A stretch of 64,000 nt of DNA from Woeseia sp. Its GTDB lineage: Bacteria > Pseudomonadota > Gammaproteobacteria > Steroidobacterales > UBA11654. The notes under the pieces were generated by a model. It ran no database searches and had not been told where the DNA came from. It saw nothing but the letters and a program-made list of their open reading frames with translations. Location: the NCBI GenBank assembly GCA_019653755.1, contig BPCL01000004.1, positions 71,578 to 135,577 on the forward strand, in the 5' to 3' direction. A program made the position numbers and the translations under genes. This document shows, piece after piece, positions 1 through 8,842 of this stretch. How positions within the stretch are numbered: the stretch's first letter is position 1; every line of letters begins with the position of its first letter.

Positions 1-570
1 GGTATTGAAATTTTAGCTCGTGGTCCTGTCTCTTATCTTCAGGGTGGAGCTATTGAGGTAACAGAAGGAAAACTCAAAGGAACTAAGCTTTTTGTAAGAA
101 AGGATGCTCATCCGGGAGAGCCTGAATCTTATAGCTATAAAACTAGCTATAGGCATCAGAACTCAAGAGATCCCAATATCGGTGAAAATGCCGTAAGGCC
201 TTTTAATGAATTTGGAAATTATGATGATCATTTAATTAGTGCGTGGTTTGATTTCAATGCAATGATCGGTACTCAAAGTAAAAGCAAACCAGATCAAGAA
301 ATGCCAAAATTGAGTAATGCTATTTCAGAATCAGTTTATATTGGGCCTTATAGGACATTATTTAACTCACCAGCAACAATCACTATCCCAATCGATACAG
401 ATAAAGTAACTGATCCTAATAAAATACAAGCTTATATTTTTAATGACTTATCTGGCGAATATGAGCCAGTTTTCAAAGTCCCTGGAGGACAAAATATAAG
501 GGTTAATTTAGACAAAGGTTCCGTTTCGTTTGATACTCAAGTTCTCGGTATCTTTGCTGTTGGAAAATAA
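1..570 (+). CDS. 5'-truncated hypothetical protein, C-terminal beta-rich domain
   Basis: Frame is open from base 1 (GIEILARGPVSYLQGG...) through ORF 262..570; ends ...SFDTQVLGIFAVGK; no family recognised with confidence. Confidence 0.7.
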   Translation, partial: GIEILARGPVSYLQGGAIEVTEGKLKGTKLFVRKDAHPGEPESYSYKTSYRHQNSRDPNIGENAVRPFNEFGNYDDHLISAWFDFNAMIGTQSKSKPDQEMPKLSNAISESVYIGPYRTLFNSPATITIPIDTDKVTDPNKIQAYIFNDLSGEYEPVFKVPGGQNIRVNLDKGSVSFDTQVLGIFAVGK

Positions 571-571
571 A

Positions 572-605
572 AAAAGGGGCAGTCTTTTGGAGGCCTGCCC
601 CTTTT
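572..605. terminator. Bidirectional Rho-independent terminator
   Basis: Inverted repeat AAAAGGGGCAG...CTGCCCCTTTT with A/T tails, between convergent genes. Confidence 0.85.
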
Positions 606-624
606 CCTATGGGGGTCATAAGGT

Positions 625-3267
625 TCAGAACTTATAAGTAGCCCTAACCCCTACAACTCGTTTGTCAGCTAAAGAAACTGAGAGTATTCTAGGTCCGGCT
701 GCAGTAGTAGCGCCATCACCAAAACCACCCGTGATTCCAGATAAGTCATACATCTGTTGCAGTCCTTTAGGCTGATCGTCATCGAGGCAGTTCGTGCAAT
801 ACGCTTCTACCCTGAAATTACCTGTTTCAATACCGGTCCTTAAATTGAATTTTTGTCCAGAACCAGTATGAGCAAGCATGGCATTGGATGCATACATTTT
901 TCCTGTATAGAGATAATCTACTCTTGTGAACCTTGTCATTTCAGCATTAACCTCTTTCGAATAATTTGCAGACAAACTTCCACTGTTTTTAGGGTATCGA
1001 GAAAACTCATTACCAATAACAGCGTTTCTATCTCCCATCAAATCAAAGGTATCTGCACTTTGGAAACCTGATTTAATTTCACTGTCATTCTTAGCAAAAG
1101 TAAAATCCAGTGACCAAAAATCATTAAGCAGAATAGTACCATCAAGCTCTATGCCTGAAAGCTCGGCTTTTCCGCCTTGAGAAGTGGTGTTACCACTTAG
1201 TACTGCAGGCAAGCCATCATCGCCAGTGTATCCCACTGAGAATAATGGAGTGTGAACATTATCAAGGTCAGTTTGATAGAAAGCTAATGCTATAAAGCCT
1301 CGACCATCCATGATGCTGCTTTTAATTCCAAATTCAATATTTTCAGAAGTTTCCTCATCAATCTTAACTCCTGCTCCACCTGTTTGTGCTTTAACTTCTG
1401 CCAGTTGACTCTCTGAGAGTGATGCTAGTGCAGGATTAAACAAACCCGGTAAAGTTCCTTCTGAATAACTGAAATAAATAGTTTGTCTATCATTAGGCTT
1501 ATAATCTAGGATTACTCTAGGGAGCGTAGATTTGAAGTTAGCTTGCTGAACATTGACTGGCGAACCTACAACTTTAGGAGTTCCAGTGTAGGGGCCTAGA
1601 CCACCTGAAGTTACATCATCATCTTGTTTCCGTACATCAAGGCTGAGTGTTAAGTTATCTGAAATATCAGCTTCAATGGAAGCGTAATACGAAGACGTAT
1701 TCACTGTGTCCCATTTGAAGTCATTATTATTGGAAGTTACATCTCCGTAATTTCCACAGACATTACTACCGGCCAAGGTACCACCGAATAAATAATATGG
1801 GTTGTAGCAGACAGGGGTTGTCAAAGTAGAGTTATCAAGCCCATCATTCGGATAATAAACAATCATAGAGCCAATATTTTGTGTGAACCAATCCATATCA
1901 ACATCACTGTAACCAATCATCCATCGGAATTTTTGATCCTGAGATGAACTCAATCTGAATTCTATTGAGCTATCTTGCATTGAATTCATTCTTAGATCAG
2001 AGGCATCTGCTGGGTGATTAGCACCCCAAGATCCAAACATTCCTCCGCCCATTCCTTGCAGATAGAGTCCTTCAGTTACTCTTCGATCTAAATCGTTATG
2101 ACTGCTATAAGCATTCTCATGGTCAGCTGTAATAATATTTAAATTCATGCCGTTATCAAAATTAATATCAATGGCAATACTTAATTCTTCAGCTTCCCTC
2201 TCCATTCCAAAGTGATCTGGGACCATAAAATCTGGAACATCTCTTATCCCATTAGCAATAGGGAAAAGGTGTTCATCAATTCTCATTCCTAACAATTTTA
2301 GCGCTCTAGCGGATCCAGTGTCTTGAGCAATTTCAGATGCAGTTGGTACCGGTACCTTGCCACAAACTGTTGTAACTGGCACATTATCTGCACCGAAATC
2401 CCAAGGAACCATATGTGCTGCACCCCATCTTTCTACCGTTCCACCTGGGCTACAATTATGGCGACCACTTCTATAATCATAAGCAGTACCTGCATCAGGA
2501 CCATCACTATCTTCCCATGAATGATAGCGAGCTTTAACTTTTATACGATCAGAAGGCTCAAACACAACTGTTAAGGCAAAGTCATCAGTTGATTGTGCGC
2601 CTAGTTTTTGCCCTTCTACGTTAGCGTTATCATACATACCGTCAGTATCATAGGTACTGGTTGTCAAACGATAGCCTAAACTATCACCCAATGGTCCTTC
2701 TAAAACTATGCCGGCTCTTTGTGTGCCGTATTTACCAGCTTCAAAATTAATAGACCCTGAAAATTCATCGCCTGGATCTTTGGTGACAATATTAATGGCA
2801 CCGGTATAAGTTGCTCGTCCAAAATGAGCTCCTTGAGGACCTTTTAATACTTCAATACGTTCAACATTTTCAATACCTCCAAATTCAGCACCTACAGTTG
2901 CTGCACCGTCAATAAACATGGTGGAAGCCTGTCTCGTTGGTATATCAGTCCTTGGGTTCATGCCTCTAAAAATAAGTCTTTTATGAGTCCGACTGTTTTT
3001 CCCAACATTGTTATCTGAATAGAAAAAACCAGGTGTGTAGCCGACAACATCTGAGAGTTGATTGATTCCTCTCATTTCTATTTGTTGTGATGTTAGCGCT
3101 GTAATAGTGTAAGGCGCATCAGCTAATGATTCTTCCTTTTTTCTGGCTGTTACTGTTATCTCTTCTATTGCTAGCATGCCCTCTTGAGCATGGGTAATGT
3201 TATTTGCAGAAAATAGCATTATTGAAATAGCAACAGAGAAAGCAGCCATTTTGTAGATTAATTTCAT
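625..3267 (-). CDS. TonB-dependent receptor
   Basis: Signal peptide, IEEITVTARKKEESL TonB-box/plug start, RIEVLKGPQG motif, C-terminal ...RATYKF, 880 aa. Confidence 0.95.
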   Translation of the reverse strand: MKLIYKMAAFSVAISIMLFSANNITHAQEGMLAIEEITVTARKKEESLADAPYTITALTSQQIEMRGINQLSDVVGYTPGFFYSDNNVGKNSRTHKRLIFRGMNPRTDIPTRQASTMFIDGAATVGAEFGGIENVERIEVLKGPQGAHFGRATYTGAINIVTKDPGDEFSGSINFEAGKYGTQRAGIVLEGPLGDSLGYRLTTSTYDTDGMYDNANVEGQKLGAQSTDDFALTVVFEPSDRIKVKARYHSWEDSDGPDAGTAYDYRSGRHNCSPGGTVERWGAAHMVPWDFGADNVPVTTVCGKVPVPTASEIAQDTGSARALKLLGMRIDEHLFPIANGIRDVPDFMVPDHFGMEREAEELSIAIDINFDNGMNLNIITADHENAYSSHNDLDRRVTEGLYLQGMGGGMFGSWGANHPADASDLRMNSMQDSSIEFRLSSSQDQKFRWMIGYSDVDMDWFTQNIGSMIVYYPNDGLDNSTLTTPVCYNPYYLFGGTLAGSNVCGNYGDVTSNNNDFKWDTVNTSSYYASIEADISDNLTLSLDVRKQDDDVTSGGLGPYTGTPKVVGSPVNVQQANFKSTLPRVILDYKPNDRQTIYFSYSEGTLPGLFNPALASLSESQLAEVKAQTGGAGVKIDEETSENIEFGIKSSIMDGRGFIALAFYQTDLDNVHTPLFSVGYTGDDGLPAVLSGNTTSQGGKAELSGIELDGTILLNDFWSLDFTFAKNDSEIKSGFQSADTFDLMGDRNAVIGNEFSRYPKNSGSLSANYSKEVNAEMTRFTRVDYLYTGKMYASNAMLAHTGSGQKFNLRTGIETGNFRVEAYCTNCLDDDQPKGLQQMYDLSGITGGFGDGATTAAGPRILSVSLADKRVVGVRATYKF

Positions 3268-3338
3268 ATTTATTCCCCCTAAAAAATAATCTGTTAATCA
3301 AGTTATCTCGATTAAAATACTCGTTTTGAGTAGATTTC

Positions 3339-3356
3339 ATTTATCACTTGATCAAT
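3339..3356. promoter_or_regulatory. Palindromic operator copy 1, ATTTATCACTTGATCAAT
   Basis: Matches ATTTATCA-N2-TGATHAAT; in the divergent TBDR/flavo-oxidase intergenic region. Confidence 0.8.
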
Positions 3357-3392
3357 AAAATATAAAATAATTATTAAACAAAGGCAAAGTTT

Positions 3393-3410
3393 ATTTATCA
3401 TTTGATTAAT
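3393..3410. promoter_or_regulatory. Palindromic operator copy 2, ATTTATCATTTGATTAAT
   Basis: Same motif, same divergent intergenic region. Confidence 0.85.
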
Positions 3411-3517
3411 AAGGAAAAAAGTATAGACTTTCATTCCTAAGAAAAATCTTTAATTTTTGGTACAAAAAAGCCTAAGATAAATCAAGTTACAATATCAATT
3501 CTGGAGTCTAACTCACC

Positions 3518-4993
3518 ATGAAAAGACGAGATTTTATTAAGCATGCAGGGCTACTATCTGTGGCCTCTCATATCCCAATTAGTCGCGCGTCAATACATGA
3601 TATTCAAGCTCTATCATTGGAGGGCAATGAAATCGTGCTCAAAAAAACTGATATTCTTGAATTCATGTCTAGCTTCCAAGGAAGCGTGATCACAAAAGAA
3701 CATTATGATTATGACATGGCTAGATTGGTTTGGAATGGAGTTTGGGATAAGCGCCCTGCTCTTATAGTCTTTTGTGAATCTAGCTCAGATATCCAAAAAG
3801 CGATTAATTTTTCAAGAGAGCAGAATCTAATAACTGCTGTCCGAGCTGGCGGACATAGCATTTCAGGAAAATCAACTTGTGATGGAGGCATTATTATTGA
3901 TCTTTCGCGGATGAGAAAAACCAGCGTAGATCTTCAAAGAAAAATAGTTACTGTTGAGCCAGGGTGTACCTTATACGACATGGACTCAAAAACACTGCCT
4001 CATGGATATGTTGTTCCTGCCGGTGTTGTTTCTCACACTGGAGTTGCTGGTTTAACCCTAGGTGGAGGCATAGGATCATTGATGAGAATGTATGGGCTTA
4101 CAATTGATAATCTGATAAGCGTTGACATCATCACTGCTGACGGTGTCATGAGGAAAGCAAGTAAAGATGAAAATCCGGATCTTTTTTGGGGAATTAGGGG
4201 TGGCGGAGGTAATTTCGGTATAGTCACCTCCTTTGAATACAATCTTCGCCCGCTTCCCAATGGAAAGGTTATTGTGGGAGTGAACCTTTATGACCTTAAG
4301 TATGCTAAAGAAATCTGGGATTTCTACTACGATTACTCAGAGGATCTTTCATCTGACATTATGCTCAATGCAGGAATGTGGAATGTTACTCAAGGTGAAG
4401 GCTACTTTTTTCTAGGAACTCTATTTCTAGGAGATGAAAATAAAGCAGACAAAGCTTTAAAAACAATAAGAAATTTTGGAAAACCTCTATCAGATGATGT
4501 GTCAAAAAAAGATTTTATCGAGCATCAACAAGTTGCTGATAAGAGAAACGCTCATTATAGAAACTATTATGTGAAAGGAAGACATATAGATGAATATGAT
4601 CCTAAATTGACAGAAAATTTGATGGACGGATGGATGGGTGTAGAAGGTCGATTTGATACCATGCGTGTGGTACGTTTTGGAGGAGCGATTGCCGAAGTTG
4701 CTGAAAATGAGACAGCATGGGTAGGAAGAAATGCTAAATGGGATATTGAAGTGGGTGGCCACTGGAGCGATAGAGAAAAAAATGAGGAATACACTCAATG
4801 GGGAAGAGACTACTGGAAAAATCTCACACCGTATTGTGCAGAACGAATATACATCAATGAATTAATGGATGAAGACCAAGACTTTGTTGCTACCAGCTAT
4901 GGTCAGAATTATGGGCGACTGGTGGAAATAAAAAATAAATACGATCCAAAAAATCTTTTCAGACTCAATGGCAACATTAAACCCAGCATTTGA
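3518..4993 (+). CDS. Tat-exported FAD-binding oxidoreductase, VAO/berberine-bridge (6-hydroxy-D-nicotine oxidase-like) family
   Basis: MKRRDFIK twin-arginine signal; RAGGHS covalent-FAD motif; GLTLGGG; RGGGGNFG; C-terminal BBE motif KYDPKNLFR. Confidence 0.9.
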   Translation: MKRRDFIKHAGLLSVASHIPISRASIHDIQALSLEGNEIVLKKTDILEFMSSFQGSVITKEHYDYDMARLVWNGVWDKRPALIVFCESSSDIQKAINFSREQNLITAVRAGGHSISGKSTCDGGIIIDLSRMRKTSVDLQRKIVTVEPGCTLYDMDSKTLPHGYVVPAGVVSHTGVAGLTLGGGIGSLMRMYGLTIDNLISVDIITADGVMRKASKDENPDLFWGIRGGGGNFGIVTSFEYNLRPLPNGKVIVGVNLYDLKYAKEIWDFYYDYSEDLSSDIMLNAGMWNVTQGEGYFFLGTLFLGDENKADKALKTIRNFGKPLSDDVSKKDFIEHQQVADKRNAHYRNYYVKGRHIDEYDPKLTENLMDGWMGVEGRFDTMRVVRFGGAIAEVAENETAWVGRNAKWDIEVGGHWSDREKNEEYTQWGRDYWKNLTPYCAERIYINELMDEDQDFVATSYGQNYGRLVEIKNKYDPKNLFRLNGNIKPSI

Positions 4994-5017
4994 ATTAGTA
5001 ATTTCAGCTAAACTATA

Positions 5018-5686
5018 GTGATGAACATTAATTTCCATGACCTAATGGCGTTTTTTCATGTGGTTCTTTTTGTCTATGCCATTGGGGGAGATATCGCTGT
5101 TTATTATATAGGTAACTACATTACCAAAGATGAACTCAGTATTGAGGAAAGACTCAGAGTCAGATCTATGCGTTTTCTTGTGGATATGTCTGCTAGAACT
5201 AGCTTGGTTCTATTGTTACCTATTGGATTTACCTTAGGGACAACCTTTGGTTCAGAAATTGATGGGGCTAGCCTAACAATCATATGGATGTTTAGCTTCT
5301 TTTGGCTAGGTCTGATTTGGATGGTCCATCTTAAAAAAGATACAGAAACAGGAGAACTCTTAAGAAAGCTCGATTTATTTATTAGGTATCTGCTCTCTTT
5401 TGTTTTAATTTCCTTGGGAGTTTTCTGTCTTATCACAAATCAAATTATTCAAAGCAACTGGCTCGCATGGAAAGTCATAATTTTTGGGTTAATCCTCATA
5501 AATGGGATCTGGATAAGATCTATAGTTGGAAGGATGCGATTTTCGATCAAGCTAGCTCAAAATCTGGAAACTAAATTTGAAGGTGAGCAATTAATTAAAA
5601 ACGATCAATCCATGTTAAATAAAGCCGCCTTACTCATATGGATTTTAGTAATCCTTATGGCATTCTTAGGTGAGCTAAAACCTTGA
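5018..5686 (+). CDS. Integral membrane protein, possibly HemJ/CopD/DUF2269-like
   Basis: About 6 hydrophobic helices, His in TM1 (FHVVLFVY), WLAWK, C-terminal KP; family assignment tentative. Confidence 0.6.
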   Translation: MMNINFHDLMAFFHVVLFVYAIGGDIAVYYIGNYITKDELSIEERLRVRSMRFLVDMSARTSLVLLLPIGFTLGTTFGSEIDGASLTIIWMFSFFWLGLIWMVHLKKDTETGELLRKLDLFIRYLLSFVLISLGVFCLITNQIIQSNWLAWKVIIFGLILINGIWIRSIVGRMRFSIKLAQNLETKFEGEQLIKNDQSMLNKAALLIWILVILMAFLGELKP

Positions 5687-5730
5687 TAAAAAATGAGTAA
5701 TATATCAAGTAAAATACCTATTTAATTTTT

Positions 5731-7202
5731 ATGGAGACTAAATATCTTGGCCCTTATAGATCATTGAGAGAATATCTTGATGCGTTAGAATATTTTGAAC
5801 ATGTGCTCCATATTGACACGATTAATCAAGATAGATACGAAGCTACAGGCTTGATGTATCGACTAATTGAAAAATTTAATAACCAAAAAGCCCCGGTTTT
5901 ATTTTTTGATAAAATTCATTCTAAAAATAAAATATTCAAAAACTCATCGGTTGGTAATTTATTTGGTAAATGGGATATCGAAGCAATAGCTCTTGGAATC
6001 GAGCCAACTGGTAACTCAGGGAAGAACTATAAATTAGCGGTAAAAAAAATTGAACAACACATAGGTAAAGATGGAAAATGGCCCACCATTAAACCCGTAA
6101 TCATTGATGCAAAAAATGCACCTTGTAAAGAAAATATTTTGCAAGGAAAGGATATAGATCTTTTTAAATTTCCCTTTCTTCAAACCAACCCAGCGGATAA
6201 TGGATGTTACATCAATACAGGCAGCGTTATTCTAGAGCATCCTAAATTAGGAAGAAATGTCGGTACATATCGTTGCCAAATAAAGAATCCGACAAAAATT
6301 GGGATTAATCCTCAGGTGAATCAAGATGGATGGAGATTCCTTGATGAATTAAAGAGACAAGGTGAAAAAACTGCTCAAGTTGCAATTGCAGTAGGAACTG
6401 ATCCAATCACTTTTTCAATGAGTGGTTCAAAAGTAGCAAAATTTGGTGAAGATGAATTAGAAATAGCAGGTGGGCTTATTGGCGAACCAATAGAGATTAT
6501 TAAATGTGAAACCAGCAATATCTATGTTCCTGCTCATGCCGAACTTATAATAGAAGGTGAGATTCCACTAGACAAAATGGAAACAGAGGGTCCGTTTGGA
6601 GAAATGTACGGTTATATAGGTGGGAAAAAAGAGGAAAACTTCTTTATGAATGTCACATCAATAACACATAGAAATAATCCAATTATCCCGAATCAGTTCA
6701 CTGGTATCACCCGGGGCTGTCTAACTGCTCCAATTGAAGCGAGTTTAAACAATAAGTATCGCACACATTTCGAAGATTTCATTGGGCTTTACTATCCATT
6801 AGAATTTCCAGGTTTCTGTTTTATCAATCTAGAAAAAACCTAAAGCTAAAAAAGCATTCGAAATTGGAAAATATATTTCAACATCATTGAAAATCGCCAA
6901 AATAACTGTTCTTTTTGATAAAGATGTCGATATTCATAACTTAAATGAAGTGCTTCATGCCCTCGGATCAAGATGGCAGCCTCAAAGATCCACAAAAATG
7001 ATTGAGAATGCACCTGCATTAAGCGGTGATCCTAGCTCCATTAAGAAAGGGGAAGGCAATCGGGTAATTATTGATGCGACTAGGAATGCCACAGAAAGTC
7101 AGCATGATAAATCATTTTCGAAAATGAACATTGAATGCCTAAAAAGCGAGTTCCCAGAGCTTTTAGATGGGATTGATGAAAAAATTTAAGGAAATTATTT
7201 AA
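5731..7202 (+). CDS. UbiD-family (prFMN-dependent) decarboxylase, split by probable sequencing frameshift(s)
   Basis: NVGTYR, VPAHAELIIEG and EGPFGEMYGY motifs; continues in ORF 6887..7189 (DVDIHNLNEVLHALGSRWQP, IIDATR) after an A-run near 6840. Confidence 0.88.
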
Positions 7203-7835
7203 CTACTTTTTATCAGCAGTTAGACCTGTTGTCGCGATGTAGTTAACAACATCTTTGTACATTTGGTCACTGAACATTAGCGCTGTATCCCTCATTTGCT
7301 TTCCATAGAGGTCTTCTGGATGATCGCCTCTTATTCCCTTTTGAAAATTAATAAGCTGTTGATATAGATACCAATCACTTTGCCCAGTTAGCCTAGGTGC
7401 ACCAATGGTTTTATCACCTTCTCCAAATTCTCCATGACACGACATACAGTGATCAAAGACAAATTTACCTGTTCCTATATTTCCCTTGATAGTCACCGCT
7501 TGTTTTTTAGCAGTCATATTCGAAATGTATGTTGCAAGTGCCTCAAGTTCGCTGTTGCTCATATTGATGATACTTAATCGCATCGTTTGCCCAAAGACAT
7601 CCTCGGGATCAATGCCTCTAATGCCATCTTTATAATTTTTAAGTTGTCGATAAGAATACCACTGACTTAATCCAGCTATAGAAGGCGCATTTAAATCTTT
7701 ATTTCCTTGAAGCTGAGATCCATGACAAGTCTGACATAAAGCTATTGATTCTGGTTTTTTTGCATTGTCGGCATGCAAGTTATTAAAGGGGATAAGTATG
7801 AAAATAATCAGTAAAAATACTTTTGATTTAATCAA
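7203..7835 (-). CDS. Periplasmic diheme cytochrome c (c4-like)
   Basis: Signal peptide; two CxxCH motifs (CQTCH, CMSCH); duplicated AP.LxG...Y..QL..G.RG domains. Confidence 0.92.
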   Translation of the reverse strand: MIKSKVFLLIIFILIPFNNLHADNAKKPESIALCQTCHGSQLQGNKDLNAPSIAGLSQWYSYRQLKNYKDGIRGIDPEDVFGQTMRLSIINMSNSELEALATYISNMTAKKQAVTIKGNIGTGKFVFDHCMSCHGEFGEGDKTIGAPRLTGQSDWYLYQQLINFQKGIRGDHPEDLYGKQMRDTALMFSDQMYKDVVNYIATTGLTADKK

Positions 7836-8838
7836 TGTTTTTCTACCTCTCTCATCACTCTAAAACCAAAATTTATGTAGCGAGTATCCTTATTATTTGA
7901 TTGATCTGACTGAAAACCATAATGGTTTGATGACCTAAGATATATCGGCATATCGTAATAGGATGCACCCCTTAAAATGGGTCTATTACAGTCTCCGTTT
8001 AATCTTGAAGAACCATCTGATGGTGCATTTGTATAGGAATCGTGCCAGCAATCTTGCACCCACTCAGCAACATTACCTAAAATATCAAAAATACCAAAGG
8101 CGTTGGGTTTAAAAGTACCCACTGGGGCTGATGTAGCAAAACCATCATGACAGTTTGCAACCTTCCAATTTTCCGGCAATACAATCTTAGTTTGCCTAGC
8201 TTGCATTTCCTCTAAAAAAGCCTCAGGTGTGATATCTAGATCAGCTCCGTTTGCAAAATCACACCCTTCTTCTTGATCTCCCCAATAACGAATAGTGTTT
8301 GTTCCTGCACGAGCAATGTACTCCCATTCTGATTCAGAAAAAAGTCGATAAGTGAATCCGGTATGTTGCGATAGCCATGCTACGTAAGCCTGTGCGTCAT
8401 TCCAACTGACACAGACTACAGGATGATGATCTGAAACTGGGTAACCTGGATTAAACCAATCTGAAGTTTTTGAAAGCTGTATGCCTTGCTCTGTTGCGCC
8501 ATAACAACCGCCTGACATATCATAGCCTGTGATCTCAATAAATTTCTGAAACTCGACTCTTTTAACCTCAAACTGACCGGCTGCAAAAGAATAATCTATG
8601 CTAACTTTGTGTACGGGTCTCTCATCTTCTCTTGATCCTTCGACATCGGATGATGATCCCATCAAAAAGCTACCTGGCTTTATTACCACCATTACAGGAC
8701 AATCTTCACAGTCCTGAATATTTTTCCCTTCATGAATTAATCTGTAGCTTGTAGATCTATAGTGAAAAAATAGATTAAGAAAGATATAAGAATTAATTTG
8801 CCTTGAATTGAATCAAAGTGGCCATTTAAGAGTTTCAT
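7832..8838 (-). CDS. Secreted FGE-sulfatase (SUMF1/EgtB/PvdO-like) domain protein, frameshift near 8740
   Basis: DCEDCPVMVVI, HPVVCVSWNDA, SESEWEYIARAG, PNAFGIFDILGNVAEW, GFRV; signal peptide MKLLNGH...LILISFLIYFFTIDLQA starts at 8838 in another frame. Confidence 0.85.
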
Positions 8839-8842
8839 CTTC

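Noticed and set aside
3293-3310. GTTAATCAAGTTATCTCG near the TBDR start
   Set aside because: Only one good half-site
7832-8838. FGE/CLec-fold gene as a diversity-generating retroelement target
   Set aside because: No reverse transcriptase and no template/variable repeat pair seen in the window
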